Positions 12,255-24,533 of a DNA stretch of 64,000 nucleotides are shown here, piece by piece. The notes beneath the pieces are model-generated. The model ran no database searches and was not told the origin of the DNA. It was given only the letters and a program-made list of their open reading frames with translations. The position numbers and the translations under genes are program-made. This DNA is from Botryllus schlosseri (taxonomy: Eukaryota), in NCBI GenBank assembly GCA_051294905.1, contig CM119372.1, positions 30,940,001 through 31,004,000 of the forward strand, given 5' to 3'. The stretch's first letter is position 1; every line of letters starts with the position of its first letter.

Positions 12255-13262
12255 TAGGGATGGTGTGAACCTCTGAAAGGTTCAGGTTCGTGTGAACGCG
12301 AACCTTTTTGAAAGATTCTGTGTGAACGCGAACGTGAACCTCATGACGTCACGTGATGTCATATTTCTAATTTCAACCCTTTATTTCAATTAGGTGATTG
12401 CCTATATTAATGTATTGTACATTACACGATACCTAGCGACAACTCGGCCCACATAATGGCACAGTGCTGAAGTATATATTGACGTTTTAAACTCCGCCAA
12501 ATGTATCAACTGAGGCAATCAAAGGATAAAATATTCCAATAAAATCAATATCTCACGTCGCTTTGCCGACAATTTCAACGAGGACTTGCCAGGGAATATA
12601 AGCTTACGCCTGCACGGTCTCAGCCTGACCGAACAATGCATTCAGCGTCTGAGTATTGCTACATGGATATTGAGCATAGTGTAAAACGGGTCGCTATACT
12701 TGCTACCAATATTACCCCATTAACAAGTTATACAACAGTAGCCAACACCCCAATCGAACGGATTTGGTTTTTATGATACAGTAAACATATGTAGTGAAGA
12801 TTGACCCCGTATACGCCTGTTAGATTTTACATCAGAAAATGATATCAAGCTCATTGATTGGTTGAATAAGCATCATTCGCTGACTACATGCAGTGTATTT
12901 CGCTCTTGATGTTATGTGATTGAGGGTCAAGCTCAGAGCAAAGAGTCACTAAATATTCACAAACAAAAACTGGATATTTCGAGCAAAATTTTGTAACAAT
13001 GCAAGTAAATTTTTTGAGATTGTCAAGGGGCATGCTCGTTTAGTGTTGATTTTGTTATGCTGCCTGCGCCATGCATAGAGTCACCCGCAGTTGAAATGCA
13101 ATAACTTGGAACCAAAGATGTTAGAATGAAGTGAAAATTGCAATATATGAAAAAGGTTCATAGTGCAGAACCTACCAAGGTTCTGTTGTGAACGCGAACC
13201 TCAAAATTTCCGAGGTTCACACACAGAACGCGAACGTGACCCTCGCGTTCACACCATCCCTA
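12255..13262. mobile_element. hAT MITE inserted in the last codons of the GPCR gene
   Basis: TIRs TAGGGATGGTGTGAAC / GTTCACACCATCCCTA; TSD CTGTTTTA / CCGTTTTA (7/8). Confidence 0.92.
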
Positions 13263-14299
13263 CCGTTTTACTTGCTTGACCCGACTGGTTCTTGATCGCC
13301 AATTTATTCGACTTTGGTCGGGTTATCACAGTAGTCGAATCAGCTTTAATCCACCACCTCATCGAGATACACGCGGATTTCACAAGCTTTTGCAACTCGC
13401 GTGAGCCCATGTAGTAGATTAGCGGGTTGATGCATTCCGTGATACGTAACACACTGTGGGATGCCAGCATCATAAACATTTTCACTGTCGCATCCATCCG
13501 TCCCCAGTTCGCCATGAAGTAGAGCTTGGTTCCATAGTCGCATGAATATGCGAAGAAAACAGTTGCGACGATGGTCATTAATTGTTTGACAGCGTTTTTG
13601 TCCTTGCGCGTGGTAGATTTTTGTTGGCTTGCGGAGGTTTTTCTATTCTTCAGGAATAGTAGAAGAGCAGAGCAAAACCCAACAATTAGCAGGACTGGAA
13701 ATATGATGCCAATCGTTGTCGCAGATCCCAAGATAAATTTGGTCATTGCGCCAACGTCACGTCTCCCCCCGCAGTAAATGCCTTTTGGGGTTGCTATTGC
13801 CGCTACTGAAAAAAGATATGGGGGCTGGAAGTATCACAGAGAGCAGCCAAGAAATTACAACAAGAGCGGTGTACTGTTTTGTATCACTTTCCTTGTCCCG
13901 GTGCGGAGTGACGGCCTTCACGACGATGATTCGAAATCGCATGCAACTGAGCAACATCACATGACCCAGGGTCACTATGGTGGTAATGTTGTCAAGGGTG
14001 AACGTCATGAGACACATGAAAGTAGGCAAAGTGAAGTTTGATGAGTGTAGTGATACAAGAACATGCATAGGGCTGTTGCACGCTGAAAGTATATCTGAGC
14101 AACACATCCCGATCAGTATGACGTGAAACGCGGTTCGTTTTGTATGTAGCAAGATCACCATCATCGCCGTACTTCCAAGCACTCCGACGACTGCAAGAAA
14201 TGAGAAAATACCCAAAATGATTGCACACTCTACTTCACCAAGTGCGAACCCTTCTGCGGTATGACTCAGCGACTTGGTGGTCAATGAAGTGTTGTTCAT
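13249..14299 (-). CDS. Intronless rhodopsin-family (class A) orphan GPCR, ~349 aa if one frameshift near 13809-13824 is corrected (pseudogene or assembly error)
   Basis: ORF 13757-14299: N-glycosylation site NNTS, TM1-4, TM2 Asp (CCSD), TM3 Cys, DRY-position CMRF, TM4 Trp. ORF 13249-13746 and its upstream in-frame extension: ECL2 Cys (GIYCGG), TM5 Pro, TM6, TM7 NPLIY. Confidence 0.88.
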
Positions 14300-14884
14300 A
14301 TTGCAACTGGCTCTGCCAATCTTCGGATACGTATCGAACTGCCACTCTATAAATCCACATTAAAAGCATCGAAAACTTCTTGCTCCAGAGATACCGTAAA
14401 CGGTATACGCAAGATTTCCAATGCCGTTTATACAGACTGTAATTAATGTGCTTATTTCGGGCGAACGATCCATATTTCAAGTAATCCGACAGTCGTAAGA
14501 GGCAGAGAACTATATACTCAAAGGTGTATAATCTATCGAATTGATCACGTCTGCGAACGCATATTAAAAGCAAGTCATATTTTACATCACATTCCGTTTT
14601 TTCATAGAATTCGTTCCCCGTTCTATTTTCGATTTCACGGAAACGTAATGAAGTCAAAGACGCAATTAGCCTCCGTAATTGGATCCTTGCTTCAAGTCAC
14701 ATGTGTTTCGAGAATCGATTGATTGTGCATCTCGCTGATACCCAATGAATTTTAACTTTAAAAATCTGAAAAAAGATATGTAGCACTTAAATATGGTCAA
14801 ATACTTGATACTCGATAGAGATGATGGAGATGGTCTCATCTCACGTAGGTATACATTCTTTATCATGTTCTGTTGATGACAGAC

Positions 14885-15172
14885 CAGATGTACTCAATCT
14901 GGGGGGCATGAAAACATCTGAATGGAGGCGCGAAGCTTCGGTCAACTGAAATATCTTTTCGCGTTTGGCGCGAATTACCGTCAATTCATTGTTATCCGAA
15001 TTTCATATTTGAGAATTTCTCTCATCAAAATGAGTCATAACATTCCATGCGATAAAACTATCCGTTGGGATTGCTAGTATTCTGCTTGCATTCTGTGATA
15101 TGACGACAAGGGGGGCGCGGAACTTTTCACTATCATAAAGTGGGCGGGTCTAAAAAAATTTGAGAACCACTG
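14885..15172 (+). mobile_element. ~300-bp Charlie-type MITE (family also at 15945, 36980, 40621)
   Basis: Right end TTTGAGAACCACTG; internal sequence alignable by eye with the other copies; no clear TSD. Confidence 0.75.
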
Positions 15173-15251
15173 GGCTATAGACGGTAATGACTATTCATGA
15201 GTTTTGCGCGGGTTAGCCTCGGGCGGGCCCATAAATATTAATTCCTTAGTA

Positions 15252-16440
15252 CAGGGGTGGGGAAACTTTTGAGCTTTCGGGCCGCATTCAACATTTGAAT
15301 CCATTCACGGGCCGCACTATATAAAATTGGGATTATAAACCAAAACGCAATATTGGTATTTGATTATATAGTGAGGACATGGAGATAATATATATGCTTA
15401 TCTAAAACAATCCAAATATTGCTTTGATGATATCGTACACGCGTCAGAAACAGTGGCGAGATTTCATAGGCTGGTAGACCTCAATAACCAATTTGTCGAA
15501 GCTATAGAGATGAAAGTCGGTTGTCCCGACTCTTAGATCAGGATTGAAATTTATATCTGTGAGCAGCGATCTGTTCATAGATTTACTAATTCCACTTTTG
15601 GTTCAGTTCGAGGACACACAATGCATGACAGCGTCATAACCATTATAGCTTCAAACACGCTTATACTATATGTAGATAAAACATGAATACCATAATTCTA
15701 CGCATACAGAGAACGAATCTACCTAAGACACGCGCGAATCACTTTTTATAGGCACATCAATGAAATAATTAAAACTAGAGTGAACAATCTGAAATCACAC
15801 TCGTAATCCGAATTATGTCAAGCTCGTTTAGGTTTCCTGTGATGTTTAGCAGCTGCAACCTTTCAAACCGCGTGGGCCTTGAGATCGGTCTGTCGCGCCA
15901 GAAAATAAACATAAAAAATAATATAGGAAGTATTCACAGTAGAACAGTGGTTCTCAAACTTTTTCAGACCCCCCTCTTATGATGGTAAAAGATTCCGCGC
16001 CCCCCCCCCTTATCATCATGTCACAAAACGCAACCAGGATGCTAGCATATAACCTAACGGATAGTTTAGTGGCATGGAAGGTTATGACTTTGGATGAGAG
16101 ATTTTTAAATATGAAATTCAGACTAAATACAGAGCAATAAATATGAATGGGATGTAAATCGCGCCGGGCGCGAAAACTTTTTTCAGTTGAGCTCAGTTTC
16201 GCGCCTCCCTTCAAATGCTTTCACGCCCCCAAGAAGGCGCATCGCCAGTTTGAGAGCCACTGCCTTCGAATTATCATGGTGAAATATACCAACAGAAAGT
16301 TTAATCAAGTCCCTGCATTAATGCGATTTTTAATTCGCAATAATTCAATATTTTAATAAGTTTATTTAGACTCTCGCGGGCCGCACAGGACGGTGTGGAG
16401 GGCCGCATGCGGCTCGCGGGCCGTAGTTTGCCCACCTCTG
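15252..16440. mobile_element. hAT (Charlie-type) MITE containing a nested MITE
   Basis: TIRs CAGGGGTGGGGAAAC / GTTTGCCCACCTCTG; perfect TSD CCTTAGTA; GGGCCG subterminal motifs. Confidence 0.92.
15945..16262 (-). mobile_element. ~300-bp Charlie-type MITE nested in 15252-16440
   Basis: TIRs CAGTGGTTCTCAAAC / GTTTGAGAGCCACTG; homologous to 36980-37287. Confidence 0.85.
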
Positions 16441-17968
16441 CCTTAGTATATCTTGAGCAATTGAATACAGCATCAATATGGCATATACAATTGTACAATC
16501 AAATTCCCTAGATCAGTGGTTCCGAAAGTGGGCGCCCGCACCCACCTAAGGGCTTTGGCAACCTCGGCGGGAGCGCTGGCTAGAAGGGGTGCTGAGAGTA
16601 ATGGTTATGTACCATTGGATATTGTTTGGGACAGTCCTTAAATTGATAGCCCTATTTGCTCACGACATTCACATTTATGAATATATGAACCTCGTCTTTC
16701 GCGATTCTACTATAGGCGCCTTCAATTGCAAAGCGTCATCAATGCAATCTGCAGATTTTGATTATCATGCAACAATTAATTTTTTAACGAACCAACCAAT
16801 CAATCAAACAAACAGGGAATAGACTTTTCATTCAAACATATACATTATACATATACATTCAAACCCACGTAGAGCGAGGACGGTGAAGTTTTAGGCGAAG
16901 TACGATGATTTGTAAAACAAATTTCCTTGTGCTATTTTTCACTGATAGTGTCCGTCTTAAAATTCGTTCCAAGTTGTGACTGACAACACCTACATACCAT
17001 ATATTGCGTGTAGTCAGTGAATTAAATCAGCGATTCTCAAACTGAGACACTCGTACCCCCAAGGGCACGCGAGAGATTCTTTGGTAGAACTTCATTTTTT
17101 CTGGCGCTGTGATGATCTTCTGCAACTTCCAAACCACTTCCAAGAACAAATTTATTTTTAAAGTAGCATCAAGCCGATCCATATCGGTGAAATGATGTTT
17201 GAAAGTGTATTAAATGTGGTGAATCGTTATTGTCTTTTCCAATCAAGCGATCGTGCATCATCTAGTTATTGCTGTTCTAATCATTAGTTTCCAGTTTCCA
17301 ATTCCTCTGTTATTTAAAACGCTGCAGTTACTGTTGTTACGGCTGTTGTATTGACGCCGAGATTTTGGTTAGTAAAAGCCAACGAAAGAACTGTCTTTTG
17401 TTTGCAGGTACGACAATACACAGTTGGTTTTATTTTGTCGTTCAATTGCGTATACTTTATGAGACATTATTTTCAACTGCTGGTATCCCATACATGCAAA
17501 ATGTACATAGGTTGAATGAGTACGCAGTTAAAAGTTTACGCACCCCTGAAATATATCAACATGAAAGTCTACGCGACAATGTATAGTGATGAAAAATTCG
17601 AAGTTAGGGGAGGGGTTGGGGGGAGTTTGATACCATGGTTTGTAGTCTAGGGGGCGTTGTGAAAAACATTTTTGGGAAACACTGCCCTGCATTTACCAAG
17701 TCTTATCCTACATCAGCTCTCTCGGTATATCTCGTCACGTGGATTGAGAAAGATTACAATATTAATCGTGATATAGCCTACGCAAGTGCCAACATTATCG
17801 ACAAGTCTCATTCATCAGCATTGAAGAAAAAAACAGCGTAGTAAAACGGTAGAAAAAAATAGATAAGTCCTCCGTTTGCCGTAATATATTCTGTCTCGTT
17901 CACGAATCGCGTAAAGCCAGATTAGTTCGGCGCGGAATTAAAGTGTGTGAGTGCGTGTTTACATAAAT

Positions 17969-19560
17969 CAGGGGTCGGCAACCTTTTGCTAGTCACGGGC
18001 CAAATTTCGAGTGTACAACATTTTGGCGGGCCGGAATTTTTCTTAATAGGCTACTATATTTATCGCTCACGTCGGTATATTACCCTACAATGCTGCAATC
18101 TCCATCATACAAATCACAAAAAGAGCAAAACACATGCATTTACACTTCAACAACGCAAAAAAAAATGTGACACTTGGCGTAGCTTGCTTTGTGAAAGGTT
18201 TTCAACTTCTGGTAACAAGTCAGATGAAGCAAGAATCAGACCATATTCTAAATGGGCGTTGGAATACGTGATCTTAGCTTGCTCTTCTTGAATTTCATTG
18301 TTGAAAACAAAAGTCGATGCCATTTCTTTTGCATTGTTGGTCAAGCTGGGATGAAGACCCTTTTCAAGAACGTATTCTTTGTCAAAGTCATTCAGCAATA
18401 TGCTCGTTGTATGAAATTTGTCATTCAATTCAACTGCATCGCATTTCAAATGGGCCCATTTGAAATTTTCTGGCAATGGTTTTGGCGTCCACATTAAACG
18501 GAGCACTGGGTAGTCAGAATTTATTTTGTACAGAACGAATGTCGGAAAAGCGGGTGAAAATTCAGTAATTAAATTTCGTATATCACAGTTACAAATGAAT
18601 AGTGCTGGTACGAGGTTTACTCTCCTCCAGTATAGGAAAGTGGGCATAATTTTCTTTGTACTGTTGACATTCCCAGAGTCGCAGTTTTGTTTCGAATGCG
18701 TCTCAACATCTCATGTAGCCTATTTAGTTGTTTTCCCCTGAAGTTGCAAATTCAATTTGTTTAGATGTGACGTTAAATGTACTACGAAAGCTAGATTAGA
18801 TACCGATTTTCGATGATAAGATTATGAGTCGGCTATGTTTGTATTTTCAAGGAAAGCTGCTATTTCATTTCTCAGTTCATACACTCGTGCAAGCATATAG
18901 CTTCTCGACTTAATGCGCGAACATGGCAGATATACAAGACATCGCCATATTGATGCTCTGCTTCTAGTAATATCTGAAGTCGGCTAACTGTCGGTGATTC
19001 AGTTTGTAAGACAAAATCAGCTTTCACCATTGTGTCCAAAACACTATTCAGGTTTGTTGTCTAGGCGTAAAATGTCTTCTGGTGAATTAAACTACTGATG
19101 ACTAACCTACGGATGCTAGTTATCTATACTGAAACAGGGAAAGTTTGAGATTTTGTCATTGCGTCTGAGCAGAGGAACGGCACCTTTATTGTCGCACCCT
19201 ATCTGAGTGGCAAACCCTTAAAAAAGTATGGTATACCCTCGGTTGCGCGATACATCCGCTTGATAAGCACTAGTCTAGTCTACTCCACAGACATTCTCCA
19301 TCTCCTACTTTTAGTACGAGATAGGCTACTAGTCGGCCGCCTTCCCCCAGTTTTATGGCGTAACAATAGACTAATACGACGTAGGATACTTTATATCGGA
19401 GCAATGCCGCATTCTTTCCAAGCAGTGATGCACTGCAGATTGGAACTCATTACGAAACGGCGGGCCGTATTCTCGTGGTAACTAGTTATTTCGTCGCGGG
19501 CCGGACGATTTCGCTTGGTGGGCCGGATCCGGCCCGCGGGCCGTAGGTTGCCGACCCTTG
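17969..19560 (-). mobile_element. Degenerate hAT Charlie/SPIN (GTF2IRD2-like) element with broken transposase
   Basis: TIRs CAGGGGTCGGCAACCT / AGGTTGCCGACCCTTG; TSD ACATAAAT / GCATAAAT; minus-strand fragments MLARVYELRNEIAAFLE, LAFVVHLTSHLNKLNLQLQGK and C-terminal ..QVSH, with stops and frameshifts. Confidence 0.9.
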
Positions 19561-19980
19561 GCATAAATGCTTCGACGGGGCAGCCCGACGGGGTCAGGAG
19601 GTCTCTGCTATTGGGTGTTATATCAGAGGTCAGCAACCCGTGGAAAGCGACACGGTTTCTCAGGACATGCCAAGTGATTTGATCCTTCAAAGGCACAACC
19701 ACTTTGCTAACGAGTAGCCTAAAACATGAATTTTAAAACTGAAAAATCATCACGTTCGCCGGGACATGGATCCCACCGCAGCTGGGATTTGTAACGGTGC
19801 TGATACAATGCTTTGCAGGGGTGTCAAACTCAAATTACGTCGCGGGCCGGATTCAAACCTTCCAAATGCTCGCGGGCCGCGCCCTTTGCTTTTCACTTGA
19901 ATACTTTATTACCAAGCATATATGGAATAGTATATTACAATTGTGGCTCTATCATAGTGTTCTAAGGTTTTATTCTAGCT

Positions 19981-20813
19981 CAGGGGTGTCAAACATACGG
20001 TCCGCGGGCCGCATCCGACCCGCGAGGCCATTCTGAGCAACTTGAAACTTATTGTTTAATCCAGCACATTTTTGGCAGAAGTTGAGATTTTTAGTAATAA
20101 ATCCCTCGACGTAACTACGAAATAATCCCTCAGGGTTGAGCTCTAACCCAAGTAACCATCAGGAACAAGTCGGTGACATTGACATTACATTCCGGGAAGG
20201 GAAAAAAGTGCAAACTGAGTTGAGAGTTTTGTGGAAAAATGGACCGAATCATAGTATTCAAATTCACAGAGGTGGAAATGACAATGGGATGCCATTGTAA
20301 ACCGTTGTAAAATACATGGAGCTACACGAAGAATATAATTCAAATATCCATGGTTGCACTTCTGTTAACCTTACTCTGGCTCAAAAGGCCTCAGTGCCGG
20401 TCGCCAGAGAAACTTGACTGGTGAATTGGTCCAGTGTTCCTCACCACGAATACGTCGGGCCAACGATGCATTATAATTAATACAGATGAGGGAATATAGA
20501 AATATTTCAACTTATATCGTCGTTAGATACACTGGTTTAGTGGTATATATGTGTATTTATTCGGCCAATCATCCAATTTTGTCAGCTCCATTGTTTGCAA
20601 TTAACTGTGTTGCTCCAATAGAGCCCGCACGATCCGTGATATAAATGTAATATAAAATATTATTATGCATAGCGTTGATAGTAGTGAAATTCCAGTGGAA
20701 AACTAGGTTATCGAATTGGAAGTAACACATTTGAATCATTTGACTGGTCCGGCCCGCGAGTGATCAAAACTTTTGAATCCGGTCCGCGACCAAAGTTGAG
20801 TTTAACACCCCTG
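19981..20813. mobile_element. hAT (Charlie-type) MITE
   Basis: TIRs CAGGGGTGTCAAAC / GTTTAACACCCCTG; perfect TSD TTCTAGCT. Confidence 0.92.
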
Positions 20814-20998
20814 TTCTAGCTAGTAGCAACACCTTTATTCGCGAACAATGGAATTGATGATGATGATTGGCCGATTGAATACACTTATGGACCCCTGCTA
20901 AAACAGTGGCGGTAACGACGATATAAGTTTACCTATTTCTATGATCCCTTTGCTTTAGTCGTAATCTGGCGTTAGCCTTGTGTATGCGTTATGAGGAT

Positions 20999-22437
20999 CA
21001 GACTTGGACAACTAGAAAATTTTGAGCTTTTCCAAATTAGATTGGAATTAGTATTACTGAATTCGCAAAAACTTGGAAATTGAATGGAATTGTGAATAGG
21101 AAATGAATACAGCAAAAATCAGTTCTTATCAAATTATGGTGTATTCCCAAAAGCATGAGAATGGTAAACGTCTGTACGTACACCAAACTTGACTGGTTTT
21201 TCACTATACCAGGGGTCACCAACACGCAGGCCGCGAGGTCATATATTGCGGCCCGCGATCTGATTCCTATCTTGGAAGAACGCGAAATAAAGCATTTTGA
21301 AATGCTAAAATTCATTTTAGTTTCAAATTATTATTGTTGTTGTTTCAAAATAAGCTATTCGCCTGTGCCCAACAACACTATTCCCCACTAGCTGCATTCC
21401 ATCGATGGAGAGTCAGCTGATATCAATTAGCAAAGCATATTGCATTGACGTGCAATGACCCAGACACTGCTAAGACCGAGACGCTTAGAAAACGGCGTAG
21501 GAAGTCCCCACAAGATCAATGTTTGGTATGAGATATAGTCTTTCAGCTAATTACATGTCTGGTATCCCCAATATCGATTCATTAGTCGCTGGAAAGCATT
21601 GTGGGGTATCGTGCGCAGCTCATAGTTCAAGATAAAATGATGTTTAAGATCATGATATTCCTTGTTGTATTTGTACTACTTAAAAAATGTTCCTTCTTTT
21701 GTGGTAACCATGACAATCGCCCATGTTAGTCAGCTCGGCGTTGTACTATAGAGATTGTAGGATGGAGTGACGACTGATTTAAATGCCTAATTAGTATCTA
21801 TTCATCCGCGACATATTTTGTTTGCGTGATTTTTCAGCAATTATCTCGTAAAAATGGATATTTATGGTATTATTGCCCATAATACTATAAATATGAGATA
21901 TTATACCGGTAGTAGTGCATTGATATACCGAAATATCTATATAAGTTGAACTACTCTATTTACACTGCGCGCAATAATATTTTCAACTCCCTTTAGATTG
22001 GTCACGCTCCGCTTTGCGGAGGGAGCTACCCATTGTTACGTGTATGAATACTAATTAGGCATTTAAATCAGTCGTCACTCCATCCTACAGTCTCTATAGT
22101 TGTACTAACGAAAAGTTTGGAAACCTAGAATGTTTTTCGCAGACTACAAACTACTATGCCACCAGGCTATTATTCGTCACAATAACTATTATGACGGTAC
22201 AGTGTAAGTAAGGCGATGGAGGCTTTGCAGTGGATTTCCCAGCTCGAGAGGGATATTCCTGTTAACTCGCTGCAAAATGCCTCGGACAAAGATGCATTTT
22301 CAGGAAAACGACAAATTAGATTTGAATTAGAATTAGAGCATAGAAACATTTCATAATTAGATTAAAATTAGATTACTGGCATTTTGCTCTAATTTAGTGA
22401 AATTAGACAACTAGAATTATCTAGTTGTCCAAATCTG
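20999..22437. mobile_element. hAT (Ac-type) MITE with nested insertions
   Basis: TIRs CAGACTTGGACAACTAG / CTAGTTGTCCAAATCTG; perfect TSD ATGAGGAT; AATTAG subterminal repeats. Confidence 0.92.
21747..22098. mobile_element. P-element-like MITE with long TIRs and 7-bp TSD
   Basis: ~50-bp near-perfect TIR TATAGAGATTGTAGGATGGAGTGACGACTGATTTAAATGCCTAATTAGTAT; TSD GTTGTAC on both sides. Confidence 0.85.
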
Positions 22438-24533
22438 ATGAGGATTACAGGAGATTAAATTGTAAACGCGGTCTTTGTAATTTGTTGTAATCTAATAAAT
22501 CACGATTCATATTTCTCTAGATCCCGTAGAGCTTTTGAGTCGGAAATCGTACAGCAGCGCGACCATGCACTGATATTTGATTATCTTTTTGTGTAAATAA
22601 TATATTATCCATGTAAACTGCATATAACGGTACGGCATTGTCGTTTACGGCTCTGTGAATAACTATTTTTTGATACATTATTCTATGAAACTCGGCCAAG
22701 TGTGCACTTTTTTGCCTTTTTGAAGATGGGCGTCAATGTCACCGATTTGTTCCTATAGTGGTAACAAGTGTGAAACCAAAACACCATATTCGAGTGATTT
22801 TAATGTGGCCTAGGAATACAATCGACATTTGCTGTCTTGAGGGAATATTTAACGGAAGTATTTCTTCAGAACAAATCAACATTTGTAACAAATGTGCTGA
22901 ATAATATAAGCATTTTCGATCTACTCGTAATGGCTTCGTGGGCCGTTTGAAATCGTCTGGTGGGCCGTATGTTTAACACCCCTGCTTTAAAGTGAATGCG
23001 CATTGAACCACGACCGATTGCTAAAAAGATAGACCCACTAATAATAAAGTAGTAGTCCTAATAATATTAAAACAAATTTCTCTCTTGTCTGTTAACACAG
23101 TCTACTTCAGTGTTTAATTTTGATCATTAGATAATTGCCAGTGCTAAACCAAACATTTAAAATGTTTGGCACTCGATTTGTTGATATTTTGACATTTGCC
23201 ACATTGTATAAGAAAGGTTGCCGCCCGACTTCATATTACAGGATATTCCTGATCGCGATGTTAGCATAATTTGCCACAGGGATTGTGAAATTGCCACTTA
23301 TGCTTTCAAAACTATACCCGGGGACAAAAAACAGGTAATTATTCGTCAGACGGTCTCGTTTCAATCTTCGTGACCGTCAGAGTGTACTAACGTACGTAAA
23401 GTTACACCGGCTTTATATCAATGCATCTTGATATTACTATTTGGAAACTCGCCGTTGTTTAGCGGCGCGTAAAACACTGGCAGCTGCAGATAGTTTGACA
23501 ACAACACTAGCCGTAGTCAACGTCAATACAGTTTTATGTACATCATGAATATTTCATTGATTGTAGTGAGTGGAAAATGAACAAGGACGGCCTTATAGGC
23601 ACAGTACTAACTATACACTGGTCTGCCTAGTTCATACATCTTGTTCTACGCAGTCCGAATTTGATTAGTTTTGTTATTGGCGGGCAAATAGGAGGGATAT
23701 GAAATGTGGGCAATGTGCAAGCGTGCGTGGTGGATGTGGTCAGAACAAGACGAGTTGCTTTGAATCTGCCTTATATCCCACGACTGCGCTTGCTGGACAT
23801 ATCAATCACGGAGTACAAAACCAATGCGTTGAAATTGACACTTGATTAGTTTCGGAAGTTTTTATGTTGGAAACTACGACCACATAAGCAGGCTACGCAT
23901 ACGCATTCATCCTGTATCGGATATTATTTTAGGTAGTTGTATCATGTTTTTGAAAGAAAATCTCAACTCGTGCGAAGCTGCTTTCGGTGATAGATAAAAT
24001 GTGTCGAAGCGTGAGGTGTCAGGCAGGTGCTTTTGCTTGAAGGTCGCATCTGTATGGAGATACCAAGTTTGTTCACAGTGTATGGAAAATGGCAATTGTT
24101 ATCCATATATTCTGGTATCTGGCTACGTATACTGGGGGTTTGCGAGTTCACTCCCGTTATCGTTAGTAAAGAGCTCAGATTTTACAGACGTGGGCCTCCG
24201 GCGTATACGTTTGTAACAATTGTAGCACATTGCAATTTGTAACACTCCTGACCTCATGTAGCCTACTGTAAGTATAGTTGTACACCGTGCAGTGTAGTTT
24301 GGTCGAGGTTCGATGTAATCGGTAATGTATTGGTTTGGAATATCCACCGGTAGTGAGGAATAGCGTGCCGTCATGATTCAGTCAGGTTGGACTTCACGCT
24401 GTGCTGACGTATCTTCGTTTAGCGGCTTTACCAGAGATTTTGGCCGATAATATTTTATGGCAATCGCTCTGTTATGCTCAATCGATCACCCGTAACACAT
24501 TTTGTCACGTTAACTTACGCAAAGTCGATAGAC

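Larger units (their letters stand above)
19816..22985. mobile_element. Probable outer Charlie-type MITE hosting several nested elements
   Basis: Ends CAGGGGTGTCAAAC / GTTTAACACCCCTG; no clean TSD, so pairing of the ends is tentative. Confidence 0.5.
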
